A DNA stretch of 64,000 nt from Nitrospirota bacterium (GTDB lineage Bacteria; Nitrospirota; Thermodesulfovibrionia; Thermodesulfovibrionales; SM23-35): contig JBFLZS010000003.1 in NCBI GenBank assembly GCA_040756135.1, positions 3,412 through 67,411 on the forward strand, read 5' to 3'. The notes beneath the pieces are model-generated. The model was given only the letters and a program-made list of their open reading frames with translations, was not told the origin of the DNA and made no database searches. The position numbers and the translations under genes are program-made. This document shows positions 52,304 to 63,112 of the stretch, piece by piece. Positions within the stretch are counted from its first letter, which is position 1, and each line of letters starts with the position of its first letter.

Positions 52304-52803
52304 AATACCTCCTCTGGGCATCTATAATCTTTTTGACCTTCATTATACAGGAGAGCGTATCATTATTTAATATTACCCCGAACCTTACGCTTGTTTTAGT
52401 ATTCTATGTGGGTATACGAAAAGGGGAGGCCAGGGGAATATTCTTCGGTTCTCTTATTGGAATAGTAGAAGACAGCCTCTCAGGTACATTACTCGGCCCT
52501 AACCTTCTGAGCAAGGGGCTTGTAGGCTATCTTTCTTCTTTGACTTATAGCAGATTCTTCATATGGACCCCCCTTTTAGGCATCATCAGCATCTCAGCTC
52601 TCACTTTAATAGACAGTTCTATTGTTTTTATATCAAAGAGTATCTTTGATAAAATACCATCTGGCATCGGCGCAGCTTTCTTTGCAATTGTCATACAGTC
52701 AGTCTTAAATGCCCCTTTGGGGATATTGTTCAGGCCGAAGGATGCACTAAATCCCCCTCAGTCCCCCTTTACTAAAGGGGGATTAATGGGGATTATAAAA
52801 TAG
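52300..52803 (+). CDS. mreD: MreD, with its C-terminus supplied by a palindrome
   Basis: Hydrophobic, PNL..., G...D..SG; position in the mre operon. Confidence 0.85.
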   Translation: MKYLLWASIIFLTFIIQESVSLFNITPNLTLVLVFYVGIRKGEARGIFFGSLIGIVEDSLSGTLLGPNLLSKGLVGYLSSLTYSRFFIWTPLLGIISISALTLIDSSIVFISKSIFDKIPSGIGAAFFAIVIQSVLNAPLGILFRPKDALNPPQSPFTKGGLMGIIK

Positions 52804-52818
52804 AGATAGGGGTTTCAA

Positions 52819-54573
52819 ATGATAGTAAAAGGGCAATCTGACAAGATCCAAATAATAACCTACATTGTAGTAATGGCTTTCCTTCTGCTTGTCATGAGGC
52901 TCTGGCAATTACAAATTTTACAGGGCAGTGAATACAGGAGACTCTCTGAGGCCAATAGGCTAAGGGTAATAACAATACCAGCGCCTCGTGGAATAATTTT
53001 TGACAGAAATGGTATCCCTCTTGTTAAAAATTCTCCTTACTACAATGCGGCAGTAATCCCAAATGAATTCGATAAAAGCAAAGTTGATTTGCTTTCAAAT
53101 GTCCTCAACCTCTCTAAAGATGAGATACTCAAAAAATTAAATGAAAGTGGTTCGAGCCCCCTTATACCCATAAGACTAAAGGAGGGGTTGTCTTTCCGTG
53201 ACGTTGCCTATATTGAATCGAGAAGATCTGACTTTCCAGGTCTTATTATCGAAGTTGAGGTCAGCAGGGAATACATTTATGGTGATGTCGCTTCACACCT
53301 CATAGGTTACCTCGGAAAACTTACGCCCGCTCAATCAAAAGACCCCGCGTTCAGGGATGTACCACCCGATGCATTTATAGGACAGTGGGGCATCGAAAAA
53401 ATACTCGATGAATCACTCAGGGGCTCACCTGGCAAAAGGGTTATTGAGGTCAATGCACTCGGCAGAGAGATAAGATTGTTACAGGTAAAACCACCTGTAA
53501 AAGGTGAAGATATCACATTAAGTTTAGATATTAATCTCCATAAAGAGGCTGAGAGGGCATTTGGAGAAAAGGCTGGCGCACTTGTTGCGATTAAACCTGG
53601 TACCGGAGAGATACTCGGGATGCTAAGTAAACCATCCTTTGACCCCAATCTTTTTGCGAAGGGAATAAGCTATGAGGAATGGAAAGCCCTCACCCATGAT
53701 AAAAAAAATCCCATGCTTAACAGGGCATTACAAAGCCAGTATCCACCTGGCTCAACATTCAAGATTGTCACTGCAATCGCAGCGCTTGAGGAAGGAGTTA
53801 TTACCCCTACGACAAAGGTAGATTGCAGGGGTGGAATAACCTACGGCAGGTGGCATTTTGGCTGCTGGCGTAAACATGGGCATGGCGTGGTTTCTCTGCA
53901 CAGGGCAATAGTCGAATCATGCGATACATATTTCTATGAGGCTGGTAAACGGCTCGGCATAGATAAAATTTATGATTATGCCACAAGCCTCGGTTTAGGA
54001 AGAAAGACAGGCATCGAACTTGTTAGAGAACGGCAGGGATTGATACCAAATACAAATTGGAAGCTTGAAAACAAAAAACTTCCCTGGTTCTTAGGCGAAA
54101 CCTTCAACACAGCAATAGGGCAGGGATATGTTGCTGCAACACCCCTACAACTGGCAGTCATGACAAGCACAATAGCAAACGGCGGAGATCTATATAAGCC
54201 AACATTGATAAAAGACGCCCCCCCAATAATTTTAGGGAAGGCGAAGGCAAGACCTGAGACCCTTGAAATCATTAAAAAAGGACTTTCTGGTGTTGTAAAT
54301 GAGCCCAGTGGGACCGGCTGGGCTGCAAGGTCACAGATCATGAGTATTGGCGGCAAGACAGGTACAGCACAGGTTGTGGCGATAAAGAGGGACTCTCAAA
54401 GCCTTCCTGAGAAGTTCAGAGACCATGCATGGTTTGTCGCCTTTGCCCCTGTTGAACAACCGGAGATAGCACTTGCGGTATTCGTGGAACACGGCGGGCA
54501 TGGCGGAGGTGCTGCAGCACCAATTGCAAAGAGGGCGATAGAGGGATATATGAACTCCAAAAACAAAAAATAG
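52819..54573 (+). CDS. mrdA: Penicillin-binding protein 2
   Basis: APRG.I.DRNG, STFK, SCD, KTGT and DHAWF. Confidence 0.95.
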   Translation: MIVKGQSDKIQIITYIVVMAFLLLVMRLWQLQILQGSEYRRLSEANRLRVITIPAPRGIIFDRNGIPLVKNSPYYNAAVIPNEFDKSKVDLLSNVLNLSKDEILKKLNESGSSPLIPIRLKEGLSFRDVAYIESRRSDFPGLIIEVEVSREYIYGDVASHLIGYLGKLTPAQSKDPAFRDVPPDAFIGQWGIEKILDESLRGSPGKRVIEVNALGREIRLLQVKPPVKGEDITLSLDINLHKEAERAFGEKAGALVAIKPGTGEILGMLSKPSFDPNLFAKGISYEEWKALTHDKKNPMLNRALQSQYPPGSTFKIVTAIAALEEGVITPTTKVDCRGGITYGRWHFGCWRKHGHGVVSLHRAIVESCDTYFYEAGKRLGIDKIYDYATSLGLGRKTGIELVRERQGLIPNTNWKLENKKLPWFLGETFNTAIGQGYVAATPLQLAVMTSTIANGGDLYKPTLIKDAPPIILGKAKARPETLEIIKKGLSGVVNEPSGTGWAARSQIMSIGGKTGTAQVVAIKRDSQSLPEKFRDHAWFVAFAPVEQPEIALAVFVEHGGHGGGAAAPIAKRAIEGYMNSKNKK

Positions 54574-54599
54574 AGTTCAAAAGGTTATCTGGCAATTTG

Positions 54600-54779
54600 T
54601 GTAAACATTCTCGAAATAGTATGTACATGATTATCAGAAAATCCCTCCTAACCTCCCTTTGCCAAAGGGAGGAACAACCCCCTTAATCCCCCTTTGATAA
54701 GGGGGATTACCCCTCTTTGGCAAAGAGGGGCGAGGGGAGATTTTCTGAATAATATGAATTCTATTATGCGACCCTTAAT
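54600..54779. mobile_element. Family B MITE with a family A palindrome nested inside
   Basis: ccccttaatccccctttgataaggggga sits between the two family B hairpins; right end attatgcgacccttaat. Confidence 0.8.
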
Positions 54780-54800
54780 AAATATTCGGAGGTAAATCGT

Positions 54801-56537
54801 TTGAAAATAATCCTCATCTATCCCTACTTTCTTGATGACAGGCTCTATGCGGAGGATGTTCGTGTTGTGCCAATCGGCCTGTATTACATCGGCGCACTTT
54901 TAAAGGAGAATCAATACGATGTCGAAATATTGAACTGGCACGATATCAACAAGACTCCGCATAAGATAGAAGAAACACTCAAAGATAAAAAGCCTGACGT
55001 GATTGGATTTTCCATCGTACATGCAAACCGATGGGGCGGTATAGATATTGCTAAAATCGCAAAACGAATTCTTCCGGAAGTAAAAATTGTATTTGGTGGA
55101 GTCGGCACAACCTTCCTGTGGAAGCATCTGCTAACACATTTCAAGGAAATCGACTTCGCCATCCTGGGAGAAGGGGAATACAGCTTTCTAAATCTGATAC
55201 AGTGCATCGAGGGAAAAAACTACGAGAAAATCAACGAGATTAAGGGGATTGCATTCAGAAAGGGAAAAAAGGTTTTTAAGACAAGTGATGCTGAAGTTAT
55301 TCAGGATCTGGACCGATTGCCCATGCCTTCAAAATATTTTGAGTTTCAGCACCTGTCATCTTCTCGCGGCTGTCCCGCTAACTGCAGTTTTTGCGGATCT
55401 CCTCAGTTCTGGGGACGTAAGGTCAGATTCCACTCCCCGGAGTACTTTGTAGAACAATTGGAGCGGCTTTACCGAAAAGGCATTACCTTCTTCTACGTCT
55501 CCGATGACACCTTTACCATGAGAAAGGATCGGGTAATCCAGATCTGCAAAAAGATCATCGAAAAGGACTTAAAGATCAACTGGTTTGCAATTTCACGGGT
55601 CAATTATATAGATGAAGAGATACTTTACTGGATGAGAAAGGCGGGTTGTATTCAGATAAGTTACGGGGTGGAGAGTGGATCAGAGGAGATCAGGGATGTA
55701 CTGAACAAGAAGATCAAGACTGATGATATCAAGAGGGCCTTTGCCCTGACTACTATGTATGGTATTCTTGCACGCGCCTACTTCATCTATGGATCACCTG
55801 GAGAAAGCTATAAGACCATTCAAGAGACCATAGACCTGATACACGAGATCAAGCCCCTGAGTGTGATCTTTTATATCCTGGATATCTTCCCTGGCACTGC
55901 ACTGTATGAAGACTTTAAACGGAGGACAAAGCTAAACGATGATATCTGGTTAAAGAGGATGGAAGACATTATGTATTTTGAGTCGGATACTCGATTGTCC
56001 CAGGATATAATCTTAGCCTTCGGTCAAAAGCTTAGATCAGACTATTATCGTCATCTTACCGAGTTTGCAGATGCGATCGAACTCCTTGATAAAAAGGACA
56101 TATACGAAAGCCACGCAAATTTTCTCTCAAGGCTTGCTATGACCTTTAGCCATGGTGATTACGCGGCAATTGAGGCCATACCTGAAAAAGATGAAGTTGC
56201 TCAACGGCTTTATGAGAGATCATTGTCATACCATCCCAACCATAGTGCCTATCTCTGTTTGGGAATTATCAAGCAAAAGCGGGGGGAATACAAGGAATCT
56301 ATACAGATAATCTCCGAGGGAATGAAACATTTTCCGGATAGCGAACCTTTGGCTAAATGTATGGGTATAAGTTACATGAACCTTGGCCAATATGAAGAAG
56401 CTCTGAAATACTTCCTGAGGTTTCCGGATTCACGTGAAGCATTACAATACATTGCCACCTGTTATCATGCTCTGGGGGATTCTGAAAATGAATCATCAGT
56501 GTTTAGAAGATTGGAAAGGCTATCTCGCTCAGAGTAA
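54801..56537 (+). CDS. B12-binding radical SAM protein with C-terminal TPR
   Basis: PIGL..., SRGCPANCSFC, DDTF and GVESGS; helical TPR-like tail. Confidence 0.88.
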   Translation: MKIILIYPYFLDDRLYAEDVRVVPIGLYYIGALLKENQYDVEILNWHDINKTPHKIEETLKDKKPDVIGFSIVHANRWGGIDIAKIAKRILPEVKIVFGGVGTTFLWKHLLTHFKEIDFAILGEGEYSFLNLIQCIEGKNYEKINEIKGIAFRKGKKVFKTSDAEVIQDLDRLPMPSKYFEFQHLSSSRGCPANCSFCGSPQFWGRKVRFHSPEYFVEQLERLYRKGITFFYVSDDTFTMRKDRVIQICKKIIEKDLKINWFAISRVNYIDEEILYWMRKAGCIQISYGVESGSEEIRDVLNKKIKTDDIKRAFALTTMYGILARAYFIYGSPGESYKTIQETIDLIHEIKPLSVIFYILDIFPGTALYEDFKRRTKLNDDIWLKRMEDIMYFESDTRLSQDIILAFGQKLRSDYYRHLTEFADAIELLDKKDIYESHANFLSRLAMTFSHGDYAAIEAIPEKDEVAQRLYERSLSYHPNHSAYLCLGIIKQKRGEYKESIQIISEGMKHFPDSEPLAKCMGISYMNLGQYEEALKYFLRFPDSREALQYIATCYHALGDSENESSVFRRLERLSRSE

Positions 56538-56571
56538 GAATTATTAATAAAATCAATACAGTAATTATTTT

Positions 56572-56754
56572 TTAGTGTGTGCGTACCTGTTCTTTGGGTT
56601 CGACAATTTTCAATCCCAGTGACTTAATGGTCTCCTCTGTTGCCTTGCGGGTCTTTTCAATTAACTCCTTTGGTGATAAGTCCTTTGTATTTTTATAGTC
56701 TTCTTCTCTTACCTTGTGGATCCACTCAAGGGATTTATACTTCCATTTCTCCAT
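56572..56754 (-). CDS. Small hypothetical protein (putative antitoxin partner)
   Basis: 60 aa; overlaps the end of the PIN gene. Confidence 0.55.
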   Translation of the reverse strand: MEKWKYKSLEWIHKVREEDYKNTKDLSPKELIEKTRKATEETIKSLGLKIVEPKEQVRTH

Positions 56755-57220
56755 CTGCGGTTACCTCCTCTGGAGATATTATCTCAATAGGATTATATCC
56801 CATCTTCAGGTTAGTGCTATTAATCAACCTTCTCACAGCAATATTGACCATATGCTTGTAATTCCATGAGACAATATAATCAAGTTCGTGGAAAACACCA
56901 GTAGCAATGTGTCTCGCATCATTCCGATTCTTCTCCGGAATTGCACCGTCTTTCACATAGGCATTTGATAAATTTATGGTTTCTTCGGTCTCCTCTAAGA
57001 CTTTAAATCCTGTCTCTGCGACTTTATTCTTTAGCTCCTCATTAATCTTGTTTGGGGCCTTTAAGATCTCCTCAACTGTTAACCGGGAGATATAACCTTC
57101 GTAGACTCCATCTTTGATTAACTGAAAAAGCCTCTCCGCAGTATCTACCCTCTTGGAATCTTCTGTGTCAAATAGTGCACCTAAAACCGATGTATCAATA
57201 TAAAGCTTAAGTTTCTTCAT
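56735..57220 (-). CDS. PIN-domain (VapC-like) protein
   Basis: LYIDTSV, DARHIA and IVSWNYKH. Confidence 0.85.
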   Translation of the reverse strand: MKKLKLYIDTSVLGALFDTEDSKRVDTAERLFQLIKDGVYEGYISRLTVEEILKAPNKINEELKNKVAETGFKVLEETEETINLSNAYVKDGAIPEKNRNDARHIATGVFHELDYIVSWNYKHMVNIAVRRLINSTNLKMGYNPIEIISPEEVTADGEMEV

Positions 57221-57396
57221 CCCTTAGCATACCATAATATTATTTTATCATTCAGCGAATTTTTACTTCCGCATGCACACTCTCCAATGGATATCGAGTA
57301 AGCTGAAAAACCAGAGGAATGTATATTTTCCAAAACTCTACCATCATTCCCTTTTACTCATTCGGTCCTTAATAAGGTCACTTAAAATGTCATTGT

Positions 57397-57575
57397 TGTC
57401 ATGCCCATCCCGAAGGCTTTCGGGATAATCGGGCATCCATGGTTCGACAAGCCTTCGGCGTGAGCTCAGTCGAACGCTCACTATTACAAACCCACAATAT
57501 GTCGTATACTGTCACCCCTGATGGTTCGACAAGCTCACCATAACAGTTGTCATCCTGAGCTTGTCGAAGGATGTC
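57397..57575. repeat. Cluster of REP-like hairpins
   Basis: atgcccatcccgaaggctttcgggataatcgggcat, ggttcgacaagctcacc and gtcatcctgagcttgtcgaagga. Confidence 0.8.
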
Positions 57576-57700
57576 GAAGAGTGCACCACTTTTGTGAGCC
57601 GTCATGCTTCACTGAATAATTACAATCGCAGGGCTTTTTTATAAGCTGAATGGGCTTTATATCTGGTATAATATGACAAACAAAAATCAAAAGAGGTTAT

Positions 57701-58018
57701 GTGGGAGAGAAAGAATTTACAAAAGAACTAACTCCAGATGGTGATGATAGATTAAGAATAAAAATCAATACAGAAAGGGGTAAAATAGTAGATATTGTCG
57801 TCCAGTATGAATCAAGAGTAAAGGAGAAATGGCATCCAATAGTAAGATATGATTGTTCTCATGGTTTTTTCCATCGTGATATATTAAATCCTAAGGGAGA
57901 GAAGATAAAGCAGGCAATCCCTATAAATAATCTTAAGGATGCTTTAACATACGCAGAGCAAGATATAAAAGACAGATGGGAATGGTACAAAGAAAAATTT
58001 AAAAGGAGAATAAGATAA
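57701..58018 (+). CDS. Putative toxin-like small protein (IVRYD..HG..H motif)
   Basis: VVQYE...W..IVRYDCSHGFFHRD; translationally adjacent to a small partner. Confidence 0.6.
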   Translation: MGEKEFTKELTPDGDDRLRIKINTERGKIVDIVVQYESRVKEKWHPIVRYDCSHGFFHRDILNPKGEKIKQAIPINNLKDALTYAEQDIKDRWEWYKEKFKRRIR

Positions 58019-58020
58019 CA

Positions 58021-58230
58021 GTGACAAGAAAAGAATACGCAGAGAGAAATATTGGTATGACATTTGATTTTATAAAATACCTAATAGACCATCCCGATGT
58101 TATAGAAAGAATGCCAGATGGTGCTGAACTTGACTTTATAGATAAAGACATGCCTTTTAAAGTCAAACAACGGGTAAAAGCCAAAAAAGTTGCAAGGTAT
58201 AAAGTAGGGCATGTGTTTGAACCGGTTTAA
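58021..58230 (+). CDS. DUF5647-like putative antitoxin
   Basis: N.....F..Y...HP......P.GA motif. Confidence 0.55.
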   Translation: MTRKEYAERNIGMTFDFIKYLIDHPDVIERMPDGAELDFIDKDMPFKVKQRVKAKKVARYKVGHVFEPV

Positions 58231-58481
58231 ATAAAAAAATTTGTAAATATTGAAATCATGATAAAGTGTATGGAAAAATCAGCTATGGAACAATTAAAAG
58301 AATTATACCTTTGAGAAAGTTCTATTCAGAAGCCGGAGGGCTTTTTTGATGAGCTGATAATAGTAATGCCGCCGGAATTTTTGAGGGAACTGTTACACAT
58401 AATCTTGCGGGGTGTGAAAGAATTGCTGATATAAGTCTTCAATCCACAGAGTTCTTTTTTGATAGAAATTTCAGGTTTTGG

Positions 58482-59069
58482 GTGTATATTGATGTCCCAA
58501 GTGATATTCCAGATGTAGTAACTATTGAACCAAATGATAATGATTTTGACGGTTATCAGTATGCAACATGGCGAGTCATTCCGCCTGGTGCTCACGCAGC
58601 TTTCAGAGCTTCTTTCAAATCGCCAGGTACCATAGCTTTTGGTCTTAGCCTTACCGATCCAAGAGTCTATGGGTATACTCTAAGTGATATTTTATTAGCA
58701 AGCTTTGGGGTAGTATCTGTCGAAGACATAATATCATTTTCTAATGCAGTATTTAGTATTCCTTCACTCAATTCATTTTATATTCATATCGGTAATGCAA
58801 TGAATGCTGAATCAATGGGCGATTTGGCAAAAGAACTTAAAGAAGCTCGAAAAGATATAAAAGAACTCATTAAAAATCCATCTCAATTAGAACCGATAGT
58901 AGAGGAACTTTCAAAAATAGGAATAAAGGAGGTAACAACTAAATCATTAAAGAATCCCTTATTAAAAGCTGGCATGGAAGCAATTAAAGCTTTTGTTGAT
59001 ATTGTGGTTTACAGCATACAAACCGGATTTAATACTAAAACGATGCAGATAAATGTTATTGCTTATTAA
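58482..59069 (+). CDS. Hypothetical protein, probably a fragment
   Basis: AT-rich 195-aa ORF without a clear RBS or recognised motif. Confidence 0.4.
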   Translation: MYIDVPSDIPDVVTIEPNDNDFDGYQYATWRVIPPGAHAAFRASFKSPGTIAFGLSLTDPRVYGYTLSDILLASFGVVSVEDIISFSNAVFSIPSLNSFYIHIGNAMNAESMGDLAKELKEARKDIKELIKNPSQLEPIVEELSKIGIKEVTTKSLKNPLLKAGMEAIKAFVDIVVYSIQTGFNTKTMQINVIAY

Positions 59070-59173
59070 AACAAATTAAAACAATTTTTCTACCAAACAA
59101 CTTAGCAGGCGCAAAGGTCATAATAGCGAAAATAGAGACGATCTTGATGTTCTTTCATACAGGGAAGATGAAT

Positions 59174-59321
59174 TACTAATAAGGTCATAAGTATAAAGAC
59201 ATTGATTATAAAATCCCTCCTACCCTCCCTTTGCCAAAGGGAGGAAATGTACCCCTCTTTGGCAAAGAGGGGTAAGGGGAGATTTTTCAATAATGATGCC
59301 TTACTTATGAACTCCTTAGTA
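59174..59321. mobile_element. Family B core inside a different TIR shell
   Basis: TIRs tactaataaggtcataagta and tacttatgaactccttagta. Confidence 0.8.
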
Positions 59322-59404
59322 TCTCTAAGATATTTCAAACTGATTTAGTTGTTAAAGTGTGCTAATTTTGTGTTAATCGTTTTTTGAAAAAGCAAACTAA
59401 GTTG

Positions 59405-60487
59405 CTATGGCTTAGAGGTTTTTATTTCGTTGATCATTTCCTTCTCTATATAATCTGAGACCCACGCCCTATCACGGTTATTCTTCCTTAAAGAGAGCAT
59501 TCTCTCTGCATATCCCATGGCCTTTTTGTAACCAGCCTTTCGAGCCTCTTCAATTAGTTCCCAATCTCCTGACTCAACAAATTTCTCGAATGCCCTGGCT
59601 ATCTCGGGAAAAAGAAGTTTTCTGTAACCACCAATGAATACTATATAAAAGCCGAGAGACCCCTCCTTCCGGTTTTCTATGATATATTTTATCATGCCCC
59701 GCTCAGAGGTATCTGATAGCAGGTCTTTAACACCACGGGAAAAGAATTCAGCCTTTCTGCCGGAAAGATCCAATAGTAAGTTCTTCCATTCATCCCCCAG
59801 CTTTTCTCCTTCAATTGCCTCACCAAGTTCATGGTAGATATATGTCTCTACCTCAGACAAGGCAATTAGGGATACTTTCCTTTCTACATCCTCTGATGGC
59901 TTCTCTTCAGGAGTAATACCGTATTTTGAAAATGCGAATGCAAAAGGACTCTTTGGGTCTCTGGATCTCAGTTCCTCAAATCTTTCCCAGAGGAGGAGCT
60001 TTGTCGTATCTAACCTTGCAAAGATGACCCCATCCTGTACCATCGCAGGATGTTGTGCTAAGTCCCTTGCATATTCACTTCCTGCTATATATACCACATA
60101 GCCATCTACTGTTCGCCTGGATATGAGGTCTGCGAGGAAAAAAGATGGCTTCATGCGAATGCCGTAGCCGGCACCATAGATTAAGTTTTTTTTCTCTAAA
60201 GTTGTATTGATCCTTGCAACCTCAAAAGGCCCGTAGGTAGCTTCGCCAATAACAATATCTTCAAGGTATTTATCCTGGAGCTCTTTCCAAAGGGCTTCCC
60301 TCTCTGACATCCACTCGGAAATCTCTTTTTGAGGTATACCTTCCCAGAGTTTTAATCCTCTTTCACTTCGATACAACTCTCTAAGTCGGAGCAGAAGACC
60401 ACAAATGGAATACTCACCCCAGAAATTTGCATCAGAGATATTGCAGTTTCTTTTAACCTGGGTTATAACAGTATCTAAGTTCATCAA
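59405..60487 (-). CDS. Conserved hypothetical protein (Sfum_1244-like)
   Basis: NCNISDA...YSICGLLLRLR, P.FFLA and HE.GE motifs. Confidence 0.65.
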   Translation of the reverse strand: MMNLDTVITQVKRNCNISDANFWGEYSICGLLLRLRELYRSERGLKLWEGIPQKEISEWMSEREALWKELQDKYLEDIVIGEATYGPFEVARINTTLEKKNLIYGAGYGIRMKPSFFLADLISRRTVDGYVVYIAGSEYARDLAQHPAMVQDGVIFARLDTTKLLLWERFEELRSRDPKSPFAFAFSKYGITPEEKPSEDVERKVSLIALSEVETYIYHELGEAIEGEKLGDEWKNLLLDLSGRKAEFFSRGVKDLLSDTSERGMIKYIIENRKEGSLGFYIVFIGGYRKLLFPEIARAFEKFVESGDWELIEEARKAGYKKAMGYAERMLSLRKNNRDRAWVSDYIEKEMINEIKTSKP

Positions 60488-60580
60488 TTTTATCCTCAGA
60501 AAGTATTTTATCAGAAAAAAGGAAGAAAAGTAATTTGCTTTTGTATTGATACTATAAAGCAGGGTTTAATATAATAAACA

Positions 60581-61252
60581 ATGGGTAAAGGGAAAAATCA
60601 GAAAGAAATACTTAGGAATAGCTGTATACGATGCGGTACATGTTGCCTGAAAGGCGGCCCGACACTGCACCATGAGGATAAAAAAATCCTTCTTGCAGGC
60701 CATATCGGATATCAGCATTTAATAACCATCAGAAAAGGTGAATTGGCGTTTGATCCCGTCCGTAACAAGTTAGAACCTGTTCGTCAGGAGCTGGTTAAGA
60801 TAATCGGCAAAGGAAAAGATTGGTCCTGTTATTTTTATGATGAAGAAGGGTCTTCCTGCACGATTTACGAACACCGCTTGTTGGAATGCCGGCTGCTGAA
60901 ATGTTGGGCACCCTCTGAACTCATAACCGTCATAGGTAAGAACACTATAATACGAGCCGACATTATCAACTCTACTGACCCGATCATGGAGGTTATTGAG
61001 ACACACGAGCGTGAGTGTCCTTGCGAAGAGATAGAAAATTTAATCTCCAACCTGTCTCAGGAAACAGACAGGTCAAAAACCCTCGCTAAGCTGAATGAGT
61101 TTGTCCGTAAAGACTTAGCCATGCGCTTCTATGCAATATCCGAACTCGGATTAAAGAAGGAATTTGAACTTTTTATTTTTGGCCGCCCCTTTTTTAAGAT
61201 ACTGGACGCTCGTAGTATACCTGTTCGTGTGGCTTACGATAATAAATTCTGA
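60581..61252 (+). CDS. YkgJ-family CxxCxxCC cysteine-cluster protein
   Basis: CIRCGTCC, C.FY....C.IYE.R...CR. Confidence 0.8.
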   Translation: MGKGKNQKEILRNSCIRCGTCCLKGGPTLHHEDKKILLAGHIGYQHLITIRKGELAFDPVRNKLEPVRQELVKIIGKGKDWSCYFYDEEGSSCTIYEHRLLECRLLKCWAPSELITVIGKNTIIRADIINSTDPIMEVIETHERECPCEEIENLISNLSQETDRSKTLAKLNEFVRKDLAMRFYAISELGLKKEFELFIFGRPFFKILDARSIPVRVAYDNKF

Positions 61253-62110
61253 CTATGCCTTCACCACCATGACCGCGGAGTTCGTATATCCAATAACCCT
61301 TTCGGTCACACTTCCCATAAAGAGTCTTTCTATACCAGTCCTCCCATGGCTCCCAACGAATATGACATCCGCATCTTTTTTCTCTGCGGTCTCAACTATA
61401 ACCTCGTATGGTGTGCCTTTCGGGGTAAGGACCTCTATCTTTATGCCTTCTTTCTCTGCAATCTTTTTTACCTCGTTAACACTCTTCTTTGCCGCCGGGA
61501 GATTCTTATCTTTTGTAGCAACAGAAATAGCAATCATGTCACTTCCACAGCGTTTTGCTATGCTAATAGCCTCACGTGATGCAGCTTCACTATATTTTGA
61601 ACCATCTGTGGCAATAAGGATCTTTTTATAGGCTACTGTAGCAGCCTTCGGGACAACCAATACCTTGCACGGTGCATGACCTATGACCTTTGCGGTCACA
61701 CTTCCCATCATAACCCTCTTAAGCCCTGTCCTTCCACGCCTGCCCATAATTATCATTTCTACATTGTTTCTTGCTGCCTCATCAACAATGTATTGGTAAG
61801 GCTCTTCTCCTTCGTGTACAATAATCTCGCAGTCAGCACCTTCCTTTGATGCCCTCTCCTTAACCGATTCAAGATACTGCCTTGTCTCTTTTTCCATCTT
61901 TTCGACAAGCCCAGGTGCAAGGGCTTCAAACTCGGGATTTACCTCTACAACAGAGATTGCGTAGAGCTTACTGCCACATGTCTTTGCTAAGGCAATAGAT
62001 TCCCTTACCGCACCCTCACTTAATTCAGAACCATCTGTGGATAAAAGTACTTTTTCCAGTTTTGCTACCGGACATATCATCAAGTCTTTTACAACTTTAC
62101 CTTTTGACAT
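61253..62110 (-). CDS. Tandem universal stress protein
   Basis: TDGS and MG..GRTG...MGSV, each twice. Confidence 0.92.
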   Translation of the reverse strand: MSKGKVVKDLMICPVAKLEKVLLSTDGSELSEGAVRESIALAKTCGSKLYAISVVEVNPEFEALAPGLVEKMEKETRQYLESVKERASKEGADCEIIVHEGEEPYQYIVDEAARNNVEMIIMGRRGRTGLKRVMMGSVTAKVIGHAPCKVLVVPKAATVAYKKILIATDGSKYSEAASREAISIAKRCGSDMIAISVATKDKNLPAAKKSVNEVKKIAEKEGIKIEVLTPKGTPYEVIVETAEKKDADVIFVGSHGRTGIERLFMGSVTERVIGYTNSAVMVVKA

Positions 62111-62123
62111 AAAGCCTCCTTCT

Positions 62124-62406
62124 TAATTAGTATCTGTGTATAAAGTCGTATTTTGTCATTATCCGGCTTGACCGGATAATCCAGAATATATTTAAAATAC
62201 TGGATTCCCGCCTTCGCGGGAATGACGCATTTGAGTTGAAATCGGCATTTATGGACAGACTCTAATTAGAGTCTGTGTATAAACTATGATTTTTGTCACC
62301 CTGAGCTTGTCGAAGGGTGGCTAACCGCTTGATTTTATGTCATAGTTCGACAGGCTCACTATGACATTTAGGCATTATGCCTGAATTTATACACAGACAC
62401 TAATTA
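62124..62406. mobile_element. Two tandem MITE-like shells sharing a central ctaattag
   Basis: taattagtatctgtgtataaa...tttatggacagactctaattagagtctgtgtataaa...tttatacacagacactaatta with different REP cargo. Confidence 0.85.
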
Positions 62407-63066
62407 AAGCTTCCACACCAGAACGGCACATTTTGCATGCCCTATCACCCTTTCAGTCACGCTGCCCATGAGTAGTTTTGATATGCCGGTCCTTCCATGG
62501 CTCCCAACAACCATGAGACCAACATCCTTCTGGGCGGCTGTATTAACGATAACCTCATGAGGCATACCTGTCCTGATTAAAGTTTCCACCTTTATGCCTT
62601 CCTTTTCTGCAACCTCTCTTACCCTGTCAACACTTTCCTTTGCCGCTGGTAGGGTTTCGTCCTTTTTAGCAACGGAAAGGATGATCAGATTACTCCCACA
62701 GCGTTTTGCAATGTCTATGGCCTCCTCGGATGCAAAATCGCTATGCATTGAGCCATCTGTAGCGATAAGTATTTTTTCAAAGGAGAGTTTTGCATCTATT
62801 GGCACAACCAGAACCCTGCAGAGTGTATAACCTATGACCTTAGCAGTCACACTTCCCATAAGAACCCTTTCAAGCCTGCCCATCCTCTTTTTTCCCAAAA
62901 TTATTAGGTCACATTTTTCAGCCTGTGCTATGTCAACAATTCCCTCATATGGTTCAACGGTTATCCAGCTCTGCTCCTTCGTGGCAAGCTTGAAGGATTC
63001 CCTTAATGCATGCATGCTGGATTCAGAGCCGTCAATCGCAACAAGTATCTTTCTATATCTTCCCAT
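62404..63066 (-). CDS. Tandem universal stress protein with an internal deletion in domain 1
   Basis: DGS and GSV motifs twice; 220 aa versus 285 aa for the neighbouring paralog. Confidence 0.85.
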   Translation of the reverse strand: MGRYRKILVAIDGSESSMHALRESFKLATKEQSWITVEPYEGIVDIAQAEKCDLIILGKKRMGRLERVLMGSVTAKVIGYTLCRVLVVPIDAKLSFEKILIATDGSMHSDFASEEAIDIAKRCGSNLIILSVAKKDETLPAAKESVDRVREVAEKEGIKVETLIRTGMPHEVIVNTAAQKDVGLMVVGSHGRTGISKLLMGSVTERVIGHAKCAVLVWKL

Positions 63067-63112
63067 ATTCTACCCACCCGTTGCATGGACAAACTCTAAG
63101 GAATCATCTCGG

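Noticed and set aside
58259..58434. Short ORF with an in-frame TGA
   Set aside because: No Cys/Sec-type context or recognisable family; more likely debris
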